Shown piece by piece: positions 23,720-35,223 of a stretch of 64,000 nucleotides of DNA; position 1 is the first letter of the stretch, and each line of letters starts with the position of its first letter. The notes under the pieces were generated by a model that searched no databases, was not told the origin of the DNA, and worked only from the letters and a program-made list of their open reading frames with translations. Made by a program: the position numbers and the translations under genes. This DNA comes from Chiloscyllium plagiosum (lineage: Eukaryota): assembly GCF_004010195.1 (NCBI RefSeq), contig NC_057718.1:32132791-32196790 (forward strand), written 5' to 3'.

Positions 23720-26700
23720 AATTTGCTACTGCTGTTGGGGAGGTTTTAAACTAATGTGGCAGGGGTTTGGGAACCAGAAGAGAAAACAAGTAGGCAGCGA
23801 GGTAGAGACTGGAGACTGTAAGAATTATGAAGATAACATTAATAAAGGGAAGAATAGGCAGAGAGCAGGTGAGCGCAAAAGAACTGGTGGCGTGAAATGC
23901 ATCTACTTTAATGCAAGGAGTATAGTGTGTAAGGCAGATGAACTTGGGGCTTGGATTGGTGCCTGGGAGTATGACGTTATTGCCATCACAGAGACTTGGT
24001 TGAAGGAAGGGCATGATGATTGGCAACTAAATGTTCCAGGATATAGGCGCTTCAGACAAGACAGGGAGGGAAGTAAAAGAGGGGGTGGAGTTGCATTGCT
24101 GGTCAGGGTTGATATCACGGCAGTGCTAAAGGAGGACACTATAGCAGTCTTGGGTAGTGAGGCATTATGGGTGGAACTGAGAAATAAGAATGGTGCAGTT
24201 ACATTGTTGCGGCTGTATTACAGACCTCCCAACAGTGAGCGTGAGGTAGAAGAACAAATAGGTAAACAGATTATGGAAAGATGTAGAGACAATATGGTAG
24301 CGGTGATGGGAGATTTTAATTTTCCCAACATTGACTGGAATACACTTAGTGTCAGAGGTCTGGATGGAGTAGAATTTGTACGAAGCATCCAGGAGAGTTT
24401 TCTAGAGCAGTATGTCAATAGTCCGATGAGGGAAGGTACCATATTGGACCTGGTACTGGGGAATGAGCCAGGACAAGTGGTAGAAGTTGCGGTGGGGGAT
24501 TTCTTTGGGAACAATGACTGCAATTCTGTTAAGTTTTAGAATACTTGTAGATAATGAAGAGAGTGGTCCTAAGGGAAGAGTACTAAACTTGGCCAAGGCT
24601 AATTATATCAAAATTAGGCAGGAGTTGGGAAATGTGGATTGGACACAGCTTTTGAAGGGATGTCCACATTTGAGATGTGGGAAGCTTTCAAAGATAGGTT
24701 ACAAATAGTGTAGGATAGGCATGTCCCGTTGAAGGCAAAGGATAGGAAGGGCAAAATTCGTGAACCGTGGATGACAGGAGAAATTGTACGACTAGCCAAG
24801 AGGAAAAGGGAATAAGGTCTAGGCAGCTAAGAACAGAACGGGCCCTGGAGGAATATCGGAAGAGTAGGACAAGTCAGAAACAAGGAATCAAGCGGACTAA
24901 AAGGGGTCATGAAATAGCTTTAGCAAGCAGAATTAAAGAAAATCCCAAAGCATTTTATTCTTATATAAGAAGCAAACAGGTAACTAGAGAAAGGATTGGT
25001 CCACTAAAAGATAAGGAAGGCTGTGTGCCGAACCTGAGAGAATGAGTGAGATTCTGAATGTTTACTTTGCATCAGTGTTCACTGAGGGGATGAACATGAT
25101 GAATCTTGAGATTAGAGACTGACATTTGATTAGTCTGGATCACGTTGGCATAAGTAGTGAAGATGTGTTGGGTATGCTAGAGGTTATTAAGGTGGTCAAA
25201 TCCCCAGGACCGGATGGGATCTATCCCAGGTTGCTGAGGGAGGCAAGAGAGGATATAGCTGGGGCCTGACAGATATCTTTGTGGCATCCTTAAATACAGG
25301 TAAGGTGCCGGAGGACTGGAAGGTTGCTCATGTTGTCCCCCTGCACAAGAAGGGTAGTAGGGATATTCCGGGTAACTATAAACCAGTGAGCCTGACGTCG
25401 GTGGTGGGAAAGTTGCTGGAGAGGGTACTCAGAGATAGGATCTATTTATATTTAGAAAAGAATGAGCTTATCAGTGATAGGCAACATGGTTATGTGCGGG
25501 GGAGATCGTGCCTTACCAACTTAATAGAGTTCTTCAAGGAACTGACCAAGTTGATAGATGACAGAAGGGCTGTTGATGTCATATACATGGACTTTAGTAA
25601 GGCATTTGATAAGATTCCCCATGGTAGACTAATGTATAATGTGACGTCACATGGTGTGCAGGGTGTTCTAGCAAGGTGGATAAAGAACTGGTTGAGCAAC
25701 AGGAGGCAGAGAGTAGTAGTTGAAGGGAGTTTCTTGAAATGGGGAAAGGTGACCAGTGGTGTTCCACAGGGGTCAGTGTTGGGGTCACTGTTGTTTGTAA
25801 TATACAAAGATGATCTAGAAGAGGGCACTGTTGGTATGATCAGCAAGTTTGCAGATGACACAAAGATTGGTGGAGGAGCAGAAAGCATAAGGGACTGTCA
25901 GAGAATACAGGAGGATATAGGTAGACTGGAGAGTTAGGTGGAAAAGTGGCAAATGGTTTTCAATCCAGCCAAATGTGAGATGATGCATTTAGGCAAGTCT
26001 AATTCTAGAGCGAATTATACAATGAGTGGAAGAGCCTTGGGAAAAGTTGATGGGCAGAGAGATCTGGGAGTGCAGGTCCATTGTAACCTGAAGGTTGCTG
26101 CACAGGTGGATAGAGTGGTCAAGAAGGCATATAGTATACTTGCCTTCATTGGACAGGGTATTGAGTATAACAGCTGGCAAGTCACTTTAAAATTGTACAA
26201 GACATTGGTTCGGCCGCATTTATAATACTGTGTACCATTACCAAAAGGATGTGGACGCTTTGGATGGGGTGCAGAGAAGGTTTATGAGGATGTTGCCTGG
26301 TATGGAAGGTGCTATGAAGAGAGATTGAGTAGGTTAGGTTTATTTTCACTAGAAAAAAGGAGATTGAGGGGGGACCTGATTGAGGTTTACAAAATCATGA
26401 AGGGTATAGACAAGCTTTTTCCCAGGGTGAAAGATTCAATCACGAGAGGTCATGCTTTCAAGGTGAGAGGTGGAAAGTTTAAGGGGGATACATGCGGTAA
26501 GTACTTCACACAGAGGGTGGTGGGCGTCTGGAATGCGTTGCCAGCAGAGGTGGTAGAGGCAGGCACGGTAGATTCATTTAAGATGCGTCTGGACAGATGC
26601 ACGTGTAGGTGGTGAGCAGAGGGATTCAAATGCTTAAGAATTGACTGACAGGTTTAGGCAGTACATTTGGATCGGCTCAGGCTTGGAGGGCCGAAGGGCC

Positions 26701-26741
26701 TGATCTTGGGCTGTAAATTTTCTTTGTTCTTTTGTTCTTTG
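23720..26741 (+). mobile_element. CR1 LINE with nearly complete ORF2 (APE endonuclease + RT) and end of ORF1; inactivated
   Basis: CIYFNARSI, IAITETWL, GGGVALL, YYRPPN, MGDFNFP, LDLVLGN (EN); GVPQGSVLG, SKFADDTK (RT); (ttctttg)n tail; several stops and frameshifts; nested in an older CR1 (23625-23718 and 26742-27360). Confidence 0.96.
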
Positions 26742-27037
26742 TATATGACAATTAGATTACACAAACTTGATTGTATTCCCTGGACTTTAGATTTTATTGC
26801 AGTTTTTATGTTATGAAAGAGAACAGATAGGGTACGTAAAATATTTATGTTGTTTGAGCAACGAGGGGGAGAAGTCTAATAATTTAAAGTGAAACTAGGA
26901 AAGACTTGTAAGCAGAAAGTATGATTGAAGTTTGGAGCTCTACTCTGCAAACAGTGGTGCAAGATTCATTGCTAATTTGAAATCTGAGATTGATAAGATT
27001 TTTGTCAACCAAGGCCATTATTAATGATAGATGGACG

Positions 27038-27248
27038 GGTCGGTTCGCTCAGTTGGATGGGCAGCTGTGATACAGCCTGATGCCAACAGCTTGGGGTCAC
27101 TTCCTGGACCAGGTGACAGAGTCTCCTGCTCAACTCAACCTTTCACATCGCCTGAGGCATGGTGACCCTCAGGTTAAATCACCGCCGGTCATCTCTCTCC
27201 AATGAGAGAGCAGCCCTGTGGTCTGACAAAACTATGGTGACTTTATTA
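27038..27248 (+). mobile_element. tRNA-derived SINE-like repeat (third family)
   Basis: A-box-like gctcagttgg and a degenerate B box; interrupts the old CR1 3' region; ends ctatggtgactttatt. Confidence 0.5.
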
Positions 27249-27384
27249 ATAAATATGGAGTAAAGATTGTATATGGAGCTTGGTTATAGATCAGTCATGA
27301 TTTCATTGTAAGTCCTTAATAAGCGTGAGAAGCTAAATGGCCGACTCCTTTTTGAAAGTTCCTATGCTTTCACATGGCAGACTT

Positions 27385-27745
27385 GAACCCACTCCCATTC
27401 CTTCCCTTTCTTTTAGCTTGTTACATTCTCTGTCACGGTGTCCTCTATCTCCTCTCCCACTGCAGTGGAACAGTCTGTTCTTTCCAGTCTGTCAGTGAGA
27501 CACACCATTGCTCTACCATTCTCACATTCCGATCACTTAATCTGAACTATCCACATCCTTTCTCCCCCAACATTCCTCTACCCCCCTCCACTATTGCATA
27601 AATGCTGTCCCCTCCACACTTCATGTCAGCTCTGCAGAAGAGTCATCTAGACTCAAAACATTAGCTTGCTCTCTCTCCATGGATGCTGCCTGATTCGCTC
27701 TGATCGCCAGCATTTTTTTTATCTGCAGTACAGGTTGCAGCATCC
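27385..27745 (+). mobile_element. PLE 3' terminal region with decayed hammerhead (~27630-27666)
   Basis: ctgcagaagagtcatctagactcaaaacattagc followed by ggatgctgcctga...ccagcattttt...cagcatc, the same architecture as the other PLE ends. Confidence 0.6.
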
Positions 27746-27875
27746 TACCTTCTGTGCTGTAAGTGTCTGTGGCACATTCTTTACGCTGTTGTATAAGTTA
27801 TTCATGAAACATACATTATTACAGTCTGCAATTTTCTGATGGGAACAAAATCAAAAGGCAAAGGTAACTTTTTAA

Positions 27876-28098
27876 AGATTAGATTCCTACAGTGTGGAAA
27901 CAGGCCCTTCGGCCCAACCAGTCCACACTGACCCTCCGAAGAGCAACCCACCCAGACTCACTTCCCTCTGACTAATGCACCTAGCACTATGGGCAATTTA
28001 GCATGGCCAATTTATCTGACCGGCACATCTTTGGACTGTGGGAGGAAACTGGAGCACCCGGAGGAAACCCCCGCAGACACAGGGAGAATGTGCAAACT
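27876..28098 (-). mobile_element. HE1-type V-SINE, 5'-truncated
   Basis: agattagattcctacagtgtggaaacaggccc...ggagaatgtgcaaact. Confidence 0.92.
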
Positions 28099-28504
28099 GT
28101 AATTACTTTATTTCATTATATTTATTTGTAAACTAAAATATTTGTAACTCATGAGGAGTGAATTATTTTTGCCTTCAAAGGCAGGATCAACTGTAAAATA
28201 TTGATTAATGCATCAAAAATGTCTGTGAATCTTTCTTAAAGAAAAGTAACATTTCTGTTCACTAGTCACAGGCTCACCACACACAGAGTGAAACATGTCT
28301 TCAATCGGTAAGAATCAAGCATAAGAGGGATGTCACTTTTTTGTAGCATGCCCAGTTACCTTTTCCATTTGATTAAACTGTTGGATAAACCTAAACCAAA
28401 TGGAATTGGAAGAAGTGATAAATTGAATTAAACGTTGGTAGTAAGGAAAGAAACAAAGTGGGAGCTAAAGCCTGTAGGATGACATTTGATGTGGACATGA
28501 TGTG

Positions 28505-28780
28505 GAGTTACTGGTGTTGGACTGGGGTGGACAAACTTAAAGATCACAATGCAAGGGATTTACATATTAATGAAATGAAACCTGCCACCCATTCTTAAAG
28601 ATCAAAGGCTTAACAGCAATCTAGGTTTGTCCAATATATTGTTTTCATTGCATGACATTGTGATCTTTTGCGATAAAGTCTGTGCCCCATTAGTTACCTG
28701 ATGAACGCGCAGCGCTCTGAAAGCTAATACTTCCAAATAAACCTGTTGGACTATGACCTGGTGTTGTGATTTTAAAATTT
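28505..28780 (+). mobile_element. PLE terminal element of the 14100-14552 family, hammerhead motif at 28695-28729
   Basis: ggtgttggactggggtggacaaa start; tacCTGATGAacgcgcagcgctctGAAAgcta; ccaaataaacctgttggactatgacctggtgttgtgatttt end. Confidence 0.8.
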
Positions 28781-29178
28781 GACATGGAAGCATTGTAGTT
28801 AGAAATTTCTTAATTTCTCTGGATTATGATTGGAAAGTGTAATTGGATGTATGAATGTTTGAAATAGGCCTTTGAAAGTTTACATCAATTGTCAAGGGAT
28901 TAGTTATTTTTTTTTGGATCTAAGTTTGTAGACAATGCTTAAGTAAGGGCCATAATAAATAATGTGGAGAAAGAAACTGCAAGTGGATGTTGTTGATAAG
29001 ATGGTGAAATGGTGGGAAATCTAAGATGGTCTACTGTGCTGGGCTCTGTGCCATACCACTGGGCAAGTTGGACCTTTACCCCCCCTCATTAATCACCCCT
29101 AGGAGAAAAAATTGTTAATATAAACTTACTGAACACCTGGAGCTGCTAAAATTGTGGTTTAACAGCTTTAAGACCAGG

Positions 29179-30028
29179 ATGAAAGCAAATAAAGGAAAGG
29201 GCAGAAAGGAGTGCAGCAGACAGGGCACTCCCCTGATGCATCTGGGGCACCTGGAGCCATTGCTCAAACTCCCAGGGTAGCCCCTTTGCATTTAATGGGG
29301 CAGCAGCGGTTACTCTCGAAGTTTGGCAAACTCTGAGAAAAGATTGAAGCAGCAGTGGAACCACTATCTGCCATGCTGAAAAAGCATGAGCAGGAAATTC
29401 AAATGTTGGACCAAAGAGTAGAGGCAGTGGAGGAAAGGACTGCGGCATCGGAGCCCGTGGCATAGCTCTCAGGAGGAAGGATCCGAACGCGGAAGACCAG
29501 GTTCGGGTCCTTCAGGAGCAAGTGGATGACCTGGAAAATAAAAGTAAAAGAAAAAGACTTTAGGCTCGTTGGTCTTCCAGAATGCAAGGAAGACGAAGAC
29601 CTCATTAGTTTCCTGGAGAAGTGGCTCCCGATGTTCCTGGGGCAGGGGTTGGAGTCGGGTCTGGTGAGTATGAAGCGGGCCCACCGGATCGCAATGCGCA
29701 GGTCCGGGCCAGACCCACGCCCCCGCCCAGTCCTAATGTGACTCCTGCATTATAAAGAAAAACAGTTTGTCATTGAAACAGCAAGTAGACTGGGAAAAGA
29801 TCCACAAGCTTTAATTCACAAAGGCTCAGAATAATGTTTTTTGAGGACTTCTCAGGAGCCCTAATTAAGAAGAGAAGGGCATTTGATGAAGTTAAGAGAA
29901 CATTAAGGGTTCTGAATATTCACTATTCCCTGAGGTACCCGGCCGTGTTGCGTGTCGCTAAAGGAGCGACGGTATATAATTTTGATTCAGCAGAAAAGGT
30001 GAAGGACTTTGTGAATTCTCTGAATTAA
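29179..30028 (+). pseudogene. L1 ORF1 (coiled-coil/RRM/CTD, transposase_22-like), frameshifted
   Basis: LQEQVDDLEN.., FRLVGLPE, KRAHRI..PRPRPVLM, FFEDFSGALIKKRRAFDEVKRTLR...YSLRYPAVLRV. Confidence 0.88.
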
Positions 30029-30766
30029 AGGACTTGGGTCGGGGTGGGGGAGCGGGAGGGGCATCGTTATGGACAATAGTATGGGATTTTTTTGCCCCTT
30101 CTTTTCTCCTCTCTCCCCTTTTTTGTGATTATTGGCTTTATACATACTGCCTTGATGTAAAACCGTAATTATTTAGTATATTGGTCGGTTGGGTATTACC
30201 TGGGGCCTTTTTCTAATCTACTATCCTTTTGTTTGTGGATTGGGGGTGACTATACCTGTGGTTAAGATGTATGAAGAAGGGGTGTGGTGGAGGGCTGTTG
30301 GTGGGCATCCATTGTTAACTCTCAGAATGTAAATAACATGGTGGCCTCATCTGTGAATTGCCTGGGGGCTAGGGCATGGCCTCAGCTGGAAGGAGCTGGG
30401 ATGGTCGCAAGGATTGGGAGGAGTGCCCCCTATGGGCAAGGGGAGAGCTCATGTGAATTGGGGGCTATTTCGGTGTTTGCTAAAGTTAAATGTAGTGGTT
30501 AGTTTTTTAGTTGTAGTAATTTCTAAAGGAGTAGTTTTTAGATTTTATAGAGTTAATGTCTTTTTCGCTCACCACACCTCATATAGGCTTCCTCCTCTTG
30601 GGAAGCCACGGGCTACCCTGGATGACCATGGCTGATGATCTGTTTAGGTGGTGCACTTGGAATGCAAAACGGAGCCATTCCCCCATTAAAAGCAAGATGA
30701 TGCTGTCAAGCCTTAGGGAGGAAAGGGTGGACATTGCCCTGCTGCAGGAGACACATTTTAGATTAG

Positions 30767-31078
30767 ATTAGATTAGATTACTTACAGTGTGGAAACAGGC
30801 CCTTCGGCCTAACAAGTCCACACCGACCCGCCGAAACGCAACACACCCATACCCATACATTTACCCCTTACCTAACACTACGGGCAATTTAGCATGGCCA
30901 ATTCACCTAACCTGCACATCTTTGGACTGTGGGAGGAAACCGGAGCACCCGGAGGAAACCCACGCAGACAAGGGGAGAACGTGCAAACTCCACACAGTCA
31001 GTCGCCTGAGGCGGGAATTGAATCCGGGTCTCTGGCGCTGTGAGGCAGCAGTGCTAACCACTGTGCCACCGTGCCACC
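30767..31078 (-). mobile_element. HE1-type V-SINE, full length, young, inside the L1 EN domain
   Basis: Very similar to the reverse complement of 4032-4359; L1 frame QETH|TDKEHLKL resumes across it. Confidence 0.95.
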
Positions 31079-32395
31079 CACAAATTTACTGATAAGGAAC
31101 ATCTGAAACTGCAGCGGGGGGGTATGTGTGTTATAACAGGGTATTCTTCTCTTCCTTTCGCTCCAAGAGTAGAAGAGTGGCTACATTGGTAAGAAGGAAC
31201 CTCCCATTCCAGGTAACTGAGCAAATTAAGGACGAACATGGACAGTTCATCATTCTTAAAGTTCTAATACATGGAGAAGAGTATGGCATCCTGAATGTTA
31301 CTTGTCCACCGGCGCACCCTCTTAAATTTCTAATTGATGCAGTTGCTCAATTAATGAGCCTTGGGGTGCACTGCATGACCATAAGCAGGGATTTTAGTTG
31401 CTTAATAGATCCCGAGGTAGACAGGGTCCCAAGAGACATGCCCCACAGGCATGCCTGTGCAAACTAAACAGTTTTGGTGGACATGTGTGAGGAGTTGGAA
31501 TTAATGGCACCTCCACCCTAATGGAAGAGATTTTACTTTCTCTTCTAACCCACACAAGTGCCACACATGAATTGACATTTTTTTTATGCCATCAGTTTGT
31601 TTGGACAAACATTGACGTGCAAAATTGGGAATATAGCTGTCTCAGACCATGAGCCAGTATCTTTAGGTTTTTGAAATCAAGGGTGGCAGAGTAGATGCAC
31701 GGCACTGGCGCATGGACCCATTCCTTTTAAGGGATGGCAAATCCGTTGAGTACATCAGAAGAGATTCAGGGCCTTCTAGGATATCAACTCAGGTACAGCC
31801 AGTAATCTGGTAATACTTTGGGAGGCCACTAAGGCATATTTACAAGGCCTGATCATTTCATATTCAATGAGTAGAAGGAGGCAGAGTGAGGAGCAACAAC
31901 AGGTACCGGAGACCCGGCTGCAGGTAGCTGAGGAAGCATATTATAATAGACCCTCTTTGGTCAAGCTGCAGCAGGTCATTGCTCTCTGGGCTGCTCTCGA
32001 CTCATTGCACACACAAGTGGCAAACAAAGAGGTCAACTTTGCTAAACAAAGATTGTTTGAATTTGGAGATAAGCCAGGTAGATGTCTGGCATATCTGGCT
32101 AGAAAGAAAAATGCTTCCCAATCTATTATGTCGGTTAGAGAGAAGCCTGGCACAGTTACCAGTGAGTTGAAGAAGATCAATGTTAGATTTAGGGAATACT
32201 TTGCAGAGCTATATCGGTCAGAAGGAGGTGAACATGGTGCAGTGAGAATACAGTCCTTTTTTAAGAACCTAGACCTGCCCAGTGTAAACGCGGAACTGCT
32301 TTGCCTATTGAATGTGCCTATGACGATACAAGAGGTGCAGGAAGCAATAAAGTATCTCCAGGGTGGCAAAGCACCAGGACCAGATGGATTCACAA

Positions 32396-34087
32396 GTCAT
32401 AGTCATAGAGTCATAGAGATGTACAGCATAGAAACAGACCCTTCGGTCCAACCCGTCCATGCCAACCAGATATCCCAACCCAATCTAGTCCCACCTGCCA
32501 GCACCCGGCACATATCCCTCCAAACCCTTCCTATTCATATACCCATTCAAATGCCTTTTAAATGTTGCAATTGTACCAGCCTCCACCACTTCCTCTGGCA
32601 GCTCATTCCATACACATACCACCTTCTGCGTGAAAAAGTTGCCCCTTAGATCTCTTTTCTATCTTTCCCCTCTCACCCTCTAGTTCTAGACTCTCCGATC
32701 CCAGGGAAAAGACTTTGTCTATTTATCCTATCCATGCCCCTCATGATTTTGTAAACCTCTATAAGGTTACCCCCTCAGCCTCCGACGCTCCAGGGAAAAC
32801 AGCCCCANNNNNNNNNNNNNNNNNNNNNNNNNNNNNNNNNNNNNNNNNNNNNNNNNNNNNNNNNNNNNNNNNNNNNNNNNNNNNNNNNNNNNNNNNNNNN
32901 NNNNNNNNNNNNNNNNNNNNNNNNNNNNNNNNNNNNNNNNNNNNNNNNNNNNNNNNNNNNNNNNNNNNNNNNNNNNNNNNNNNNNNNNNNNNNNNNNNNN
33001 NNNNNNNNNNNNNNNNNNNNNNNNNNNNNNNNNNNNNNNNNNNNNNNNNNNNNNNNNNNNNNNNNNNNNNNNNNNNNNNNNNNNNNNNNNNNNNNNNNNN
33101 NNNNNNNNNNNNNNNNNNNNNNNNNNNNNNNNNNNNNNNNNNNNNNNNNNNNNNNNNNNNNNNNNNNNNNNNNNNNNNNNNNNNNNNNNNNNNNNNNNNN
33201 NNNNNNNNNNNNNNNNNNNNNNNNNNNNNNNNNNNNNNNNNTCTTTGTTACTTCTTCAAAAAACTCAATCAAGTTTGTGAGACATGATTTCCCCCACACA
33301 AAGCCATGTTGACTATCCCTAATCAGTCCATGCCTTTCCAAATACATGTACATCCTGTCCCTCAGGATTCCCTCCAACAACCTGCCCACCACCGACATCA
33401 TGCTCACTGGTATATAGTTCCCTGGCTTGTCCTTACCACCCTTCTTAAACAGTGGCACCATGTTAGCCAACCTCCAGTCTTCCGGCACCTCACCTATGAC
33501 TATCAATGATACAAATATCTCAGCATGAGGCCCAGCAATCACTTCTCTATCTTCCCACATAGTTCTAGGGTACACCTGATGAGGTCCTGGGGGTTTATCC
33601 ACCTTTATGCAAGACATCGAGCACTTCCTCCTCTGTAATATGGACATTTTGCAAGGTGTCACCTTCTATTTCCCTACATTCTATATCTTCCAAGTCCTTT
33701 TCCACAGTAAATACTGATGCAAAATACTCATTTCGTATCTCCCCCATTTTCTGCAGTTCTACACAAAGGCTGCCTTGCTGATCTTTGAGGGGCCCTATTC
33801 TCTCCCTACTTATCCTTTTGTCCTTAATGTATTTGTAAAAACCCTTTGGATTCTCCTTAATTCTATTTGCCAAAGCTATCTCATGTTCCCTTTGTGCCCT
33901 CCTGATTTCCCTCTTAAGTATACTTCTACTTCCTTTATACACTTCTAAGGATTCACTCAATCTATCCTGTCTATACCTGACATATGCTTCCTTCTTTTTC
34001 TGAACCAAACCCTCAATTTCTTTAGTCATCCAGCATTCACTGTACCTACCAGCCTTTCCTTTCACACGAACAGGAATATACTTTCTC
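32396..34087 (-). mobile_element. CR1 (HER1-like) LINE nested in L1 ORF2, containing the assembly gap
   Basis: (agtcatag)n tail at 32395-32420; IKENPKGFYKYI, EVPEDWRLANMVPLFKKG, QHGFVWGKSCLTNLIEFFEE; L1 frame GPDGFTS|EFYKEF resumes after it. Confidence 0.93.
32808..33241. other. Assembly gap (434 N)
   Basis: Run of n characters. Confidence 1.
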
Positions 34088-35085
34088 TTCTATAAGGAAT
34101 TCTATAAGGAATTCATAAATGTGTTGGTGGAGCCACTTTTGGGGATATATAGCTATTCATGTGCACTTAATTGTCTGCCGCCCTCTCTTAGGGAGGCTAA
34201 TATCTCCCTCATTTTAAAGAAGGGGAAAGCCCCTGACGAATATGCTTCATACAGACCCATTTCAATGTTGAATGTAGATTTTAAAATTCTATCCAAGATG
34301 CTGGCTCTGAGGTTGGAAAAGGTATTATATTATGAAAGAAGATCAGATGGGTTTTGTCAAAGGCCGTAGCTCCTCCAACAATATCAGGAGGGTACTGCAC
34401 ATAATTCAGGTATGCCAGCAAAGATTGATCCTGGGTTTGGTGGTCTCACTAGATGCAGAAAAGGCGTTTGACCGGGTAGAATGGTCATACCTGTTTGGCA
34501 CCCTTGAGCACTTTGGTCTGCGCGGACCCTTTTCCAGATGTTGTATTGTATAATGATCCTAAGGCAGCAGTCATCACAAACAGCACTAAGTCAGATAACG
34601 TTAGTATTGGGAGAGGTAGCTGACAGGGATGTCCTTTCTCACTGCTGTTATTTACCTTGTTAACTGAGCCGTTAGCCAAGGCTATTAGGAGGGACCCTGA
34701 AATGGTGGCGCCAAGGGTGGGAATGGGGGAGCATAAGATTGTTCTATACGCTGACTATGTCCTTTTGTTCTTGACCAATCCGGAGGAGTCTGTTCCTCGT
34801 TTGATTCAAACAATTAATTTAATTGGCAGTTTTTCAGTATACAGGATCAACTTTACAAAATCGTAAGCCACGCCATTGGGGGGAATTAGTGGAAAGATGG
34901 AATGCAGTTCCCATTTAGATGGTTGTCAAAAGTTTTTTTTGTTTTTGGTAATTTTTATTGCCCCTGCCTTCCACCAGCTGTATCAAGCTAACTCTGTACA
35001 ACTATTGGAGAGGAGAAAACAGGATTTGCAGTAGTGGGAGGGATTATTGTTATCATGGTTAGGCCAAACAGACCTGATTAAAATG

Positions 35086-35223
35086 GTGGTGGCACAGTGG
35101 CACAGTGGTGGCACTGCTGCCTCACAGCACCAGAGACCCGGGTTCAATTCCTGCCTCCGGTGACTGACTGTGTGGAGTTTGCACATTCTCCTGGTGTCTG
35201 GGTGGGGTTCCTCCAGAGTAATC
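35086..35223 (+). mobile_element. Internally deleted HE1 SINE in L1 ORF2
   Basis: Head plus partial V-domain plus gtaatc tail; TSD taaaatg at 35079-35085 and 35224-35230; L1 LIKM|NVLPHLLY resumes. Confidence 0.9.

Noticed and set aside
23754..24539. 261-aa endonuclease ORF as a host or domesticated gene
   Set aside because: It is the CR1 APE domain; the rest of ORF2 follows with stops and frameshifts, and the catalytic SDH motif reads NDC
31867..32649. 260-aa ORF that looks like a novel protein
   Set aside because: Chimera of L1 ORF2 reading into the antisense 3' end of a nested CR1
32715..33662. Long ORFs of 190 aa and 295 aa
   Set aside because: Artefacts of the N run. Comparison with the CR1 at 21720-23092 suggests about 800 nt is expected across this 434-N gap, so its size is also unreliable.
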